Source: Octopus vulgaris (taxonomy: Eukaryota). From it: 64,000 nt of DNA. The notes beneath the pieces were generated by a model. The model saw only the letters and a list, made by a program, of their open reading frames with translations. It did not search any database and was not told the origin of the DNA. The translations under genes and the position numbers were made by a program. Positions 13,201 through 27,173 of the stretch are shown one piece after another; positions within the stretch are counted from its first letter, which is position 1; each line of letters starts with the position of its first letter. The DNA lies in contig OX597829.1 of NCBI GenBank assembly GCA_951406725.2, positions 29,636,001 through 29,700,000 on the forward strand, written 5' to 3'.

Positions 13201-15974
13201 GCTATATATGGCCCCTCCCTTCTAGAAAGGGGAAGAGTCATATATATATATTATAGCCTTGTCCTTTTAATTCTTGTTCACACAATATTGCACTTGATGA
13301 ACCTAATAGTGTATTTCTTATTGCTGCTTGTGCTCTACAGATGTGTGTGATGATTATCTGTGAAAGAAGATGCTTCTTCATTCACCTTTGATGAATGTAA
13401 CTTTGATTGGGAGGAATTGATATCATCATATGGTACCCAATAACCATTGGCTGTTTCAACCCTGAACCATAAAACCTTTCCAATGGTGGGTCAGTAGTGA
13501 TGACCAAATCGCTGCTTAGCTTCTCTCCCTTGTTTCATGTAGATGTATGTATGTATGTATGTATGTATTTGTATACCTATGATTGAACAGACAAGATTAA
13601 ATGCATTCCATCTGTGATCATTGTTTTTTTTTTTAAAGGTACATTGTTCAACAGTGACACTGTCAAAAAGTGTTTCCTTTTAAAGATGACAGGGTGTAAT
13701 TTGAGGGAAATTTAGTTGCTGCTTCTAGCAGTTTTAGCTCTCACAAGGTAGCATAGAGGCTATCTTGTTTATGTGATTGAGAAATGTGTGTTTAAGTTAT
13801 ACATAATAGTGTTCTGGTTGCATTTTGCTGTGTTGCCAGGACTGGAGAAGTTTTCTTATCCATAAAATATGTGACCTATATAAAAAAAAATACATGTAAT
13901 CATCATCATCATCATCATCATTATTTTAATGTCTGTTTTCTGTGTTGGCACGGGATTGACAGTTTGGCAGATGCTGGCAAGCTAGAGAATGCATCAGGAT
14001 TCACTGTGTTTTGGCATGATCTTTACAGCTGGATGCCCTTCCTAATGCCAACTGCTTTACTGTGTGAACTGTGTACTTTTCACATAACACCAGCCTTGGC
14101 ATGGGTTTAGTGCGTTGGCAGTGACAGTGGTTTTTATATATTCTAATTATTTAGTGTGTATATTATTTAGCTTTGGTTTAGTACCAGATCAGCTCTGATC
14201 ATGCATACTTATAATCAGAGCAATTCTCTCCCATAATTATCCTGTCCTGTTCTCAGTCAGTGCACCATCAACCATGACGTTCATCATTCTTTTCAAGATG
14301 ATGTGTTGTAAGAGAGAGAGTTCTCATTGGAGATTCATGAGTTACATAGAGCACCACCACACACTCATTGTTTAGAATCACTTAGTAAAAAGAACCAAAA
14401 CGTGTGTGTGTATGTGTGAATGAATGATATAAGGACTGTGTGAAGTCTTTGCTGAAGGCATGTGAAATATGTGGGGAGGGTCAATTGGAAAAGCAATGCT
14501 TGTCATCATAATGTAAGAAACAAAAACAGGAAGGTGTGGATATTTAAAAAAAATTTTTTCATGCAAAATTTAAGCTCTGCTCCAAAATGCACTGCCAGGT
14601 GTGGTGAATGGGGGGAAGCTTAGTCTGCAGTATTTGCATATGTGTATGGGTTCATTGGTTACTAGCAGAGCCGTGCACAATTATCTTAATGGTTAGTGAT
14701 GATGATCATGATCATTTAGCATCTGTTTTCCATGCTGGCATGGGTTAGACGGTTTGACTGAAACTGGAAAGCTGTAGGGGTTACACCAGGTTCTAGTCTG
14801 ATTTGGCAGTGTTTCTACAGTTGGATGCCCTTCCTAATGCCAACCACTCCAAGAGTGTAATGGGTTCACTTGGCTTGATGGGTCTTCTCAAGCATGGCAT
14901 ATTGCCAAAGGTCTCAGTTACTTATCACCTCTGTGAGGCCTAACATTCAAAGGGTGCTTTTTATGTGCTACCAGCAAATCAATCCCAGGAATTAACTTGA
15001 GTTTGGCACTTACTTTACCAATTTCTTTTTGCCAAACTACCAAGTTGCAAGGATGTAAACAACCAACATATGTTGTCAAGCAGTGAGACATGGAGACACA
15101 TGTTGGGCTTCCATGCAGTTTCCTCACAAGGCATTGGTTGGCCCAGGACTATAGTAGAAGACACTTACCCAAGGAGTTGCACAATAAGATTAAACCCAAA
15201 ACTACATGCTTGCAAAGGGAACCTCTTAATTACATGGCCATGCTATATCAAGGAAGGATGTAAACGTGAGACAACTAGGTATCTTGTCATCTAAGATTCC
15301 AGATGAACCTAACTCTTGGCAATAAAGGTAATGAAGGAGGCAACATTGAACTCTCTCATTTGCCTAAAAACCAACCAAAGAATTAGTGTTAGTAGAAGTG
15401 TGTAGTACAACAATGGTGGTGCTCAAGCATGACCACAGCAGATGGGCTGAAACAGGTAAATGTCACACTCACTGTCAGAAATGCAGTCAACCATTGATTA
15501 GCCAAATGGATATTTAAAACAATGATTTTAACAATTGTGGTATAAAATTAAGATCAAAGTAACCTTAATTCAATACTCACTTTGTCTTCTAAGGTATTAA
15601 CCTGGTCACAACATATTTCTTCTGACATTGTTTAAATGCTACTGCGTTTTTGGCATTCTTGACCTAATTGATAATCAATATGCAGTGACTTGCAACTTTG
15701 TTTTCAAAGAAAGAGAATTTTGTTTACTATCCTCATGAATATTGAACAGTGTTTATTGAACTTTGTTTAATATATTCATGAATATTGTCTTTTAACACTT
15801 TTCTCCTATATTTCTTGAAATGAAGGCAGTGTATATGAAATATACAGTTCCCTCATTTCAATTGATTTTTTTTTTTAAAAAACAAAAATTTAGTAAAATA
15901 ACTTTCATTATTCACCTGATGTATGGCAGCAAGTTGGCAGTCATTAGCATACTGGGCAAAAATGCAAAAATAGT

Positions 15975-16202
15975 CATATTATGGTCATATTATGTGGAGA
16001 AAATCCCTGGAGAAGGACATCACGCTCGGCATGGTCAGTGGCAAGAGAGGAAGAGGCCGACCAAGAACCCCGCTGGCTTGACACCATCAAGAGTGACATG
16101 GGAATGGCCATAGCCAATCTGAAAGAAGTGACCCTGGATAGAACTGGCTGGAGAACACTGATCCATCGAGTAACCGAGAGTCGACTTCGACTGAGCGGAT
16201 AG
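15975..16202 (+). mobile_element. RTE (BovB-like) LINE 3' end fragment, nested in a SINE
   Basis: YGHIMWRKSLEKDITLGMVSGKRGRGRPRT, then a frameshift, then RWLDTIKSDMG...DRTGWRTLIHRVTESRLRLSG*, which is the typical RTE ORF C-terminus. SINE sequence resumes at about 16206. Confidence 0.85.
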
Positions 16203-16668
16203 ATTGGTATTTCATCTGTCTTTACAGTCTGAGTTCAAATTCTGTCAAGGTTGACTCTGCTTTTCATCTTTTCAGTCAATAAATTAAGTATTAATTGAAT
16301 TCTGGGATCAAAGTAATCAACTTATCCCCTTCCCAAATTTTTTGGCTTTGTTCCAAAATTTATTAAACTAATGTTTGGAACATAAATTAACATGAAATTT
16401 TGATGGAAGGTTTTAATTGAAATCACTTGAAAACAAGAAATTTGATTCGTAGAACCAAGAATGGGCTCAGGCAAGTTGATATCAAAATGGTTAATCCACA
16501 AAATGAAAAAATATCACATACTGACTTTTTTTTTCTTTTTTTTTAACAACTTTCGCTTCTACTTCTACTCATGAAAGAAGTGATATTAATATGGATTTGA
16601 CAAATAACTGACTCCAGAATCTGAAATTGCTGCTGGAAATATTCCTTAGACAACAAAAGTCCTTTTAA

Positions 16669-16885
16669 CCCTTTTATTACCAACCTGGCTGAAATTACCT
16701 CTGACTCTGTAGTACGTCTTATTTTCATAAGTTTTGAATTAAAATCTTCCACCAAACCAAAGTCACAATTTATGTTTCTAACACTAGCTGAATGATAACT
16801 AAGTTATTTTACTAAATTCTTTGTTATATCTAAAATAATTGAAAAAAACACAGAGCATCTCAAAATAAATACAGTAATGAAAGGG
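16669..16885. mobile_element. piggyBac-type MITE (TTAA TSD)
   Basis: TTAA|CCCTTTTATTAC ... GTAATGAAAGGG|TTAA. Same family as 62459-62678 in the opposite orientation. Decayed relatives lie near 8.2, 20.7, 21.5, 51.7 and 52.2 kb. Confidence 0.8.
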
Positions 16886-17615
16886 TTAATTGAAGAAGGA
16901 CAACATATAAAATCATTTTACATCATCTTTTCCATGCTGGTGTGGGTTTCACAGGTAATAATGGTCTGAGTTAGCTGTTATTCAGAGTTATTGTCTTCTT
17001 AGATTGGTTGAGAGATCATGTCTTATTCAAACATAAACTTTTGGTATAGTTTCTATGCATTCCCTATTGACAACCATTTTACAGAGGATATTGAGTGCAA
17101 TTTAGTGTGGCAACAGCACTAGAGAGGTTGTCGTGTCCTCACCATAGCTAGACTGAGTCCTTTCAATGCTATATTGTCTCCTCTCATTTGCTAACCATTT
17201 ACAGACAGTAATATACGCATATGCATGTTATTTCCATTCATTATTATGACTAAGGTGTCTGAATATGCCAACATTCCCTAACTGCAATTATCTGATATGA
17301 GGAATACCCAGATCTTTTTTCAAGATTTCAATAATTATTTAAATTTCTTTTTCCATTTTTTTTTTATACATATATAAATATCTTCTGACAAATCTGTGTA
17401 ATAAATAACTTTTCAAAGATTAAAAGTCTAAAACTTTAATTTGCTATATTTAAAACACAATGAAATGAAATAATTCAAAGTCTGAAGGTGTACAAAACAC
17501 ATCTACATTACCTTGCCATTTATTGTACTTCAAACAAGTCATTGCTATTCTAATTCTTGAGGCATTGTTTTTCAGTTTGTTCATCATTTCTTTAAGCTGA
17601 ATATTATTCAATATT

Positions 17616-17825
17616 CTTTTCTTTAGGCACAAGGCCTGAAATTTTGGGGAGGGGGCCTGTCGATTAAATCAACCCCAGTGTATCACTGGTACTTAATTTA
17701 TCGACCCTGAAAAGATGAAAGGCAAAGTCGACTTCGGCGGAATTTGAACTCAGAATGTAAAGACAGACGAAATACTGCTAGGCATTTTGCCTGGCGTGCT
17801 AACGATTCTGCCAGCTGGACACCTT
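17616..17825 (-). mobile_element. tRNA-derived SINE (family with GCCTTTCATC..GGGTCGATAAA core)
   Basis: Perfect 16-bp TSD AATATTATTCAATATT (17600-17615 and 17826-17841); B-box-like GAGTTCAAATTCC on the minus strand. Other copies near 35705-35931 (-), 55030-55250 (+) and 57956-58160 (+). Confidence 0.85.
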
Positions 17826-20800
17826 AATATTATTCAATATTAGTAACACCACATCATCAGAGTTTTCAATGTCTCAAACTCATCTGCTATCAACCTCAAG
17901 AACTATTATAAACAGAAGGGTAGTGAGAATGGCACCTCTATTATGCTGATGGGCACCTCTATTACATGCTAAATTCCTCACTGAAACTGTCAACTTCTTT
18001 TTTAGAAGAGTAATTTGCTAGCTTTCAATATACCAACTGAGATCAGCTGGTTTGAAATAGTAGCTAAATCTCCCTTAAATCAGTTAACTCTGTTTCAAGC
18101 ATTTAAAGTCAGATCTTCAGTTTTCCCTCATCGTTTTTATGTCCATGCTCTATGCTGGCATGGGTTGGACAGTTTGACAGGAATAGATTTGTCCAAGACT
18201 GCACTGAACTTCTATGCCTGCTTTGATGTGGTTTTTACAGGTGAATGCCCTTCCTAATGCCAACCACTTTACAGTATGGACTGGATGCCTTTTTTTTTTT
18301 TTTTTCATGCCACCAGCACAGTTGAGGTTGCCATGCAATTCACAGGACTATGATCCCAGGGGTACATGGGAAGTCAGTTTCATAGTCAAGGATGAAAGAA
18401 TTACTATGAGAGAGGTGGAGTTGAGCCATTTCCTGCAGTGGGATCTGCATGACCACTCACATCTAGTATTGACAAATATAGAAAGTGACTGACATTTGTT
18501 GCATTAATTCTTACCAGTTGGAGAGGGAGGGCTTGCGGAAGTCATCCAAAGGAAGGTAGAAGACCTTGCACCTACACCCACCACTTCCTTGCAATAAATT
18601 CATAAAAAAAACCTAAAAAAGCTTACAGATGATGATAGTGATGTTGTGTAATGGTTGCTGCTTCTACTACTACAACAACAATTATAACTATTTTCCACCT
18701 ACCACTATTATAATAACTGCCACTACCACTCATCTGCACCTGCATTGCCACTGCCACCATCACTCTACCATCGTTATCACTACCACCATTATCGCCATCA
18801 ATGACCACCATCACTGCCACCACCACTACTACAGTACTAATTTATAAACCTTGTTGTTAATGAAGTGATGACTGAGAGTAAAGAAAAGACAATTGGAACT
18901 AATTATATTTTCATGTAATTTTGTGCCAAATAATTTGTTTATTAATAGCTCAAAATAGTTTTTTAAAAAATGTAAATTTCTTTTTTGAGATAATGATTGA
19001 GAAAAATTTGATTTTCCAACAAGCTATCGGTTATTATTGTATTAACTCTAGTTTTCCACAAATTTGGTTTCTATTGTTGCTTAGTGCTAGACTGACCTGG
19101 ACCAACTAGATTTTTGATTAAGTGTTCTAGCTATAACGATTTTCCTTCTTATATCAAGGTACAGGGACGGCTGTGGAGTTAACAAGTTTGTTTCCCAACC
19201 ACATATTTTCAGGTTCAGTCCCACTGTGTGGTACCTGGAACAAATGTCCTCTACAATAGCCCTGGGGAGACCAAAGCCTTGTGAGTAAATTTGGTAGATG
19301 GAAACTGAAAGAAGCCCATTGCACATATGCATGTAAGGTGTGAGACTTAGTGGGTTGGATATTTGGCTTATAATCATAAGGTTGTGAGTTTGATTCCTGG
19401 CAGCATGGTTGATGTTGCAGAATAGTTGTAAAATGATTATCACTATCATACAAACAGTGTCGTTAATTTCCGATATTCCGTGAAAACGTGTCTGGCCATG
19501 GGGAAATATTACTTTGCTTGGGAACAGGTGAGGGTTGTTATCAAGAAGGTAGTAGATGGGGGTTGGTAGCAAGAAGGGCATCCAGCCTTAGAAAATCTAC
19601 TTCTGACCCATGCAAGCATGAAAGAGTGAACATTAAAATAACAATGATTATGATCTAGGTATTCATTGTCTGATGTATCTTTCTTATTGTTTTAAAAGAT
19701 GTTTGGTTGTGATTTGAGGGAGATTTGGCTGCTATTTTAGCAAGTTGAATGAACAAATAGTATACCTAATAGTCATATTACATTTTTTCACTGCATACTT
19801 TCAAGATGGAAAAAAAATTCTTCATTTACCAAAATTTGACTCCTCTTGTTCTCATTTTATCTTTTTTTTTCTTCTTTTTTTTAAAATCTTTTAGTCATGA
19901 TGGCGGGCAGTGCTCATAACCCTTTTGCAGACCTTCTAAGTTTTGTAGTGGGGATGTTATCCTGGAATTAGAAACTTAGCCTGAATGCTTACAACAGGGT
20001 GAAGGTCCACCAAAGGGCCCCAAAGAATCAGGTAGTTGTGTTAAACTTTACAAAGGATTAAGTCTACTACCCAAGGTCTACACATATGGTCTCAGTACTT
20101 GCATCAGAGTGGACTCTGTTAAAGGCGCCCAAGGTGCTGGCTGACAGATTAAGTCTACTATCATCATCTGTAAGCTTTTTTAGGTTTTTTTAAAATTAAT
20201 TTATTGCAAGGAAGTGGTGGGTGTAGGTGCGAGGTCTTCTACCTTACAAAGGATTAAGTCTACTACTTTTAAGTCTACATAAAGAGTAGGATTTGAACTC
20301 TTTATGTAAAGAGCTGTAACAAATACTGCAAGGCATCTGGCATGATTTTCATATAGCTCTGTCAATCCATCACCCTGGATACTTGGTGCAGCTCTCCAGT
20401 TCACCAGTTTTCAGTCAGACCGTCCAACCCATGCCAGCATGGAAAATGGACATTAAATGATGATGATGGAAGAATGAAATGTAAAATTGAACTCAGAGTG
20501 GATAGTCAGAATACTGTGACATTCTATCCAACACTTTTAACAACTCTGCCAATTTGTTTACTGGGGTAAAAGTATCAGATGTGCATCTTAATGTCGTATA
20601 CAATCCTACAAAGGAAGCGCTGCTGTTTTTACTACTCCTGTGTTTATATTACATACTAATTAGTTTTTGATTTAATAACCCTTTTGTATCTATATTTTTG
20701 TTGAAATACACAGCCTTTGTTTCAATCAATTTTGAAAGTAATGAATTTATGTTTGGAACAAATTAAGGTGGTATTTTGATGGAAGGCTTGAATTTAGATC

Positions 20801-22539
20801 ACTTTAACCTTTTAGTTACCATTCTTCTGTTGAAATACACTATCTTTGCTTCAATTAATTTTGAAAATAGCGAAGAATTTAATAAAATAACTCTGTTATT
20901 ATTAGTGTTTGGAACAAGCTACAGTGAGATAGCTAACACTTCACCTTCATCCCAGGGTCTACACATATGGTCTACACATATGGTCTCAATACTTGCAATA
21001 GAGTGGACTCTGTTAAAGTGCTGGCTGACAGATTAAGTCCACATATGCCATAGTGAGATTTGACCTCCAAGGAATCCCGTCCTATGTTCTTGCAGTTCTG
21101 CTAATCTGTCACCTTTGCTAGTAATTTTATTTTTGTTGATGCCAGAAGGGTGAACAACAAAGTTGACTTTTGTAGGTTTGAATTCTGAGCACAGAAAGTC
21201 GGAACAAATACTGCAAGGCAATCCATTCCATGCTTGAACGAGTGCTTATTTGCTGCCCTAATTTGAAGGGATTTGGCTGCTATTTCTAGCAGATCAACCT
21301 ATAACTTAACAGATCTCTTGGTAATTCATTTTGTGGAACCAGCAAATTATCAATTCTGTTCTTGAAGTGCTTGCTTGAACATTACTAAGTATTCTAAAGC
21401 TGACCTAAAAAAAATTACACACACAGTCCCTCCCAGGAAGCAAATAAAATTATCTGATCAAATCTTAAGTATCATCTCTTTGTTTAACACTTTTGTTACC
21501 AAATTTATGTTGAAGTATGTTAACTAAACAAACACTGCTTTTGTTTCAATTAATTTTGAAAATAATGAAGAATTTAGTAAAATAAGATGGCGTTTGGAAC
21601 ATGGAATTTTGATGGGAGGTTTTAATTTAGATCATTAACCCTTTTGTATACTACTTCTGTTGGAATATACTACCTCTAATTCAGTTTTGAAATTAATAAA
21701 GAATTTAGTAAAATAACCTTGGTAATAAGTTGGAGATTGGAGCATGAATTAACGTGAAAAGCTTTTAGTTTAAACCACTTAAAGACTAGAAGTTTGTATC
21801 ATAGAACCAGGAACTGCCTTAGATAGGATACTATCAAAATGGTTAGCAGACATTGAGCAAAAATCGTGACAGTTTATGTTCTCCAGTCAACAAAAGACCT
21901 ATAGTTCAGTGACTTTGTTGCTTTTGATGTGTGAGGACCAGTGGCGCAAGAAAAAAAAGCAAAAGAACCTTATTTGAAAAACAAGGGTTGGTGATAGAAA
22001 AAGCATTTATAAGTAGAAAATCAACTTCAGTAAGTCTTCCTCTAACCCATGCCAGCATGGGATAAGCAGAGGTAAAAGTTATGATAAACATCATTTTTCT
22101 ATGTTGTGAAACTCTTCATTAGCAATCGGTGTAACACATGGTGGACAAGAATTTGAGATGGTGAATAAAGTCTCTAGTACACAAGCCTCCTATTGTTATT
22201 TCATATTACAAATATGTACATGCAAGATAGCAGGAGGGGGTGGAGTGGAAATAAAAAGGAATGCCAGACAGATACCATCCTGCCAGGTGGTCTCATTTTA
22301 CTTGCTGCTCATATTCAATGTATGCAACACATTTTGAAAAGAAAACTGATTGGGAGTGTTTGTTGTACATTAATGGTATAACTTAGTAGGTGTGTTTGAT
22401 ACTGAAAAGTTGAAGGACCTTTCTTCCCCCACATTTTAAATTATGAAAATATTAGAGAACCAAGGGACATAGTTGTTTTCATTGTTAATTTCAGAACAAT
22501 GAAACAGTGGTAGAAGTTCACATGTAAAGCTACATGAAC

Positions 22540-22829
22540 CTTTCTTTCTTTCTTTTTTCCTTCCCTTCCTTCCTTCTTTCTTTCTTTCTTTCTTCCTTCC
22601 CTTCTTTCTTTCTTCCCTTCCTTCTTTCTTTCTTTCTTTCTTTCCTTCCTTCTTTCTTTCCTTCTTTCCTTCTTTCTTTCCTTCCTTCTTTCCTTCCTTC
22701 TTTCCTTCCTTCTTTCCTTCCTTCTTTCCTTCTTTCCTTCCTTCTTTCCTTCTTTCTTTCCTTCTTTCCTTCTTTCTTTCTTCCCTTCCCTTTCTTTCTT
22801 TCTTCCCTTCCCTTTCTTTCTTTCTTTCC
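22540..22829. repeat. (CTTT/CCTT)n pyrimidine microsatellite
   Basis: Directly visible. Confidence 0.95.
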
Positions 22830-23016
22830 TGATATATTTACAACACTTGTAATGGCTTCCTTTGGAATGGTTACTTGTCTGCTATAAATTTCTAGCTAAA
22901 TAATATTAGAAGCAGTCAATTTACTCCCCCCCCCCATTCAAATAACACCACCAATACAAATATTTAAGTCCAATTGCTATTTTTTAAAAAGTTTATTTAT
23001 CTAGTTCTATTTAATA

Positions 23017-23071
<55 letters not shown>

Positions 23072-26000
23072 AAAATGGGGGTTTGTAGCCAGTTTAAATA
23101 AATTGGTATTTCATACTGTAAAGCTGAAGAATTACAAGAAAAATATGTCTACATTTATTTATTTGTTTATTCATTCTTTCAACTGTTGATATACAAGACA
23201 TATAATCTTACTCAAAGAAAGAGCTAGATTTATTTTCCTCTTTAATAATGTATTCAATTTCTTAAACTGAATTTGTATGCTGTAAGACGGTTTTGTGAAG
23301 AATGAAGTGTGCTGGTGCTGAAATAGCTAAAACTTGGAAAGTAAAATGTGGCCCACTAAACAGAATGTATGGTGTGTAACTTGAGAGAATTAAGTAAACA
23401 TGAAATTGTTGGAATAGAATTAATTTCTACAGCATGTGTTTGTTGTTGGCAATGGTTGCTGACATTGCTTTTGGTCACGAGGCAGTTGAACATTTTGGTT
23501 CTGCTTTGAAGCAAATTGTAATATTTTTACACATATTAATTATTGGGTTATGCTCCACAAATTCATGAACGATTAAACTCAGTTATGTCTATGTGAAGGA
23601 TGGGCAATATTCCATGTTTTATATTTTTCTGTTCTTCAAAAAGAGCTGGATTAAGTTAGGGCCTGTATTATATGATATAAAGTTGCTCTGTTTTTTTAAT
23701 CTTCTATTGGACGGTGGCCATGCTGGGGTACAACCTTGAAGAGTTTAGTTAGACAAGTTGATCCCGGGATTAATTTAAGTCTGGTGCTTATTCTCTCAGT
23801 TTCTTAGTTACAGGGATGTAAACAAACCAACATTGGTTGTCAGCCAGTGATGGTGATAAGGAAGCGAGACACAGACAAAAGCACACATGTGGTACAAAAA
23901 AGTTTTTAATGCTTTGAACATACACTCGTCTATGGTAAGGGTGGATGAGGAGAAAAAAATAGAGAATTTATGACTGCCAATTCCACTCATAAGGCATTGG
24001 TTGGCCCTGGCTATAGAAGACACTTGCCCAAGGTGCAACATCATGGAACTGAACTTGGGACTACATAACTGCAAAGCAAGCTTCTTAACCATACAGCTAT
24101 GCCTGTACTTAGCTGCTTACCCACACAGCCCATGCTTATGCCTAAGTTGTTTTATTGAAGTATAATTGATTTTATGTGAAGTCACGTGGCTTAATGGTTT
24201 GGGTATTCAGCTTATAATTGTAAGGTTGGGAGTTTAATTCCTGGTGACACATTATGTCCTTTAGCAAGTCACTTTATTTCACGTTGCTCCAGTCCACACA
24301 GCTGGCAAAAATGAGTAGTACCTGTATTTCAGTGGGCCAGTCTTGTCACACTCTGTGTCATGCTGAATCTCCCTGAGAACTATGTTAAGAGTACATGTGT
24401 TTATGGAGTGCTTAGCCATTTCCATGTTAATTTCATGAGCTGGCTGTTCTGTTGATCAGATCAACTGGAACCCTCATTGTTGAAATTGATAGAGTGCCAA
24501 TAATTGATTTAATGAATTTAGCTGTATATCTCATTACCTAGTTTATATAGATCAGCTACTGGGGAAGCAGTGGCTACAGGATTTCCAATATTATTTTACC
24601 TGATAAATTGATGTATTTGATATATTTAGGTTCACACTCAAGTGTTAAATGCTATAACTTTAGCTCAAATGCTATAAACTTTACAAGTTCCCATTTACTA
24701 TATACAATAGCATTGCTATTTAAACAGTTAAGATGCACAAATTAAATATTCACCCCTTATATACAAATGTTAATATAAGATAAATTTACTTTTCTGGTCT
24801 TATTGAAAGTGTGACAATATCAATTTAAACTTGATATTTGTAGTATACCTTTTGTTCGTAGCATACTGTTTAAGCAGAAGCTGTACACTGAATTTTTTTT
24901 TCACAACTTTCATGGATTCCCATGACTCACTGTTGCCATCCAATCCTACAATTATGAGCTTGAATTGAGAGCTTGAGTCATAGTGAGTCTTTCATTAGCT
25001 GATTATACAACCATGGATACCTCCCCTATGAATGCATTGCAGTTCCTCTCTTGATAGAGCTTGGTGATCCTGACTGCTGAACTTCGATGATTCCTTTGCT
25101 TAGCATCAATATAAGAAGCACCATTGGCTCAGTTCAGCTCTTCTGCTACCTCTTCAGAAGCCAGTATGCTGCAGTCCTGTGACTTCGCCTTATCCCTGGC
25201 AGGGTGGCTAAACAGGTGCTACGCCTTGCCAAATGGAAATTTGTAACTATGTAGGGTATAGTTGTCACACCTTGAAGTAGTTTCAAAATACCCATATACC
25301 CAAGCACACTAAATATTTCTTATATATTATACAAACTAATGATAACTATTCCCTTGAAATCAAACTGGAATTTAAAAATAAATATTAGTAAAAATTTGAT
25401 CATTCAACCAAAGAAAAAGAATAATTAAGTGCAATTACTGTATTCTGAGTTTAAGGCATTAAAGAAAGAGAAATAGGATTGTATGGCTATTTATTAGCAT
25501 CTGACAAAAATAGTGACTCTTCCAATTATCCATTGATTTATTGCAATTTAATTTAAAGTATATTGGATCATGAAAATATTGTACATGTTGGATCAACCTG
25601 GGATACAAAGCCATTAGTAAAAGATGAAGGCAGTATAGTAATTTTCACCTCTTTAAACCTTGAATTGTTTAGTCAAACAGATTGATGCCAGTACTTATTT
25701 TGAGTCTGGTATTTATTCTATTGGTATCTTTTGCTGAACTGATAAGTTATGGGGATGTAAACAAAATGACACTGGTTGTCAAGTGATGTGACACACACAC
25801 ACACACACACACCACTTAGAAGGTATAGGTTGGTCCATAGTTATAGTAGAAGACAAGGTGCCATGCAGTGGAATTGAACCCGAAACCTCGTCATTGCAAA
25901 GTGAGTTTCTTAACCACACAACCCTGCCTCAGAAAAAGAGCTGAGTTACTGAAACAAAACTGATACCTTGCAAGCATCTAATTTAAAGTATATTGGCTCT

Positions 26001-27173
26001 TGGAATTATTCCAGGTATTGGAACACTATTTATTGATCCAGTCATTCATAGAAGTCGAAGGATGTAGAGTATTGTAGTAAATAGGGTGGTGATGGAGGGG
26101 GGGTACCCCTATAAATGTGGACTCTGTGGTGTATGGTACTAGGTTAATCCGACACAGATTCTATATAAATGCTTACATGTACATTTGTAGAAACAGTGGT
26201 GAAAGATAGCATGTTTGTGTGTGAGGTTGACTATGAAAGCATATGCTCGTTTATGTAGGCAGTATTTTAAGCAGTAGATATACATTGTGTGTGAGTGTGT
26301 TTACGTATGTGTGTGTGTGAGTGAGTGTGACTGAGTGTCTATTGCTTTAATTTAAAAAATGTTACTGTTGATCCCTCTGGTGAGATTATTTTACATTCCT
26401 AAACAGACTTGAAAAATAATCTAATCTAATATGTTGACGCTATTTCATAGTAACTTTGTACCGACATATTTTGATAATGGCCTGACCTTTTATCTTGGCC
26501 CAAGTTTTCTGCTATGATGAAATAAACACCAAACAACATTTAGATTTGTTTGCTGTAATCCTTCACCAATGCCATTGCTGCTACCATCTTCTTTATTGCT
26601 CTATTTGAATGTTTCAATGTTTAAGACTGAATTAAGCATTATGATGGTAATGATGAAGTTATTTATCATGTGAAATATCCACAATTGGGTTGTTATTTAG
26701 CTCAGCATCAAACCTGATTTAACTAGCCTCTTTAAACACATTCAATTTGTGACTAGGCTATGTTTGGGATGTTTTTTTTCCACCCTTTTTTGTTTTATTT
26801 TTATAAGTGGTATCTTCTTTCATCTTTTACTTGTTGCAATCATTGGATTGCAGCCATAGTGGGATATTGCTTTGGAGGGTTTTAGTCAAGTGAATCTACC
26901 CCAGAACTTATTTTTAAGCTTAACACTTATTCTGTTTGTCTCTTAGGTTGAATTACTAAGTTATAAGGATGTAAACAAACCAACACTGGTTGTCAAATGG
27001 TGAGGAGAATAAACAGATACACATGTACTATATCTATATATCTATATATATATATATTATAGATGTGTAGCTATATCTATGTGAATGTGCGGATGTGCAG
27101 ATATACCAATGTGCGTGTGTGTGTGTGTGTATATATATATATATGTTTATATGTATGTGTATATATGTATATA

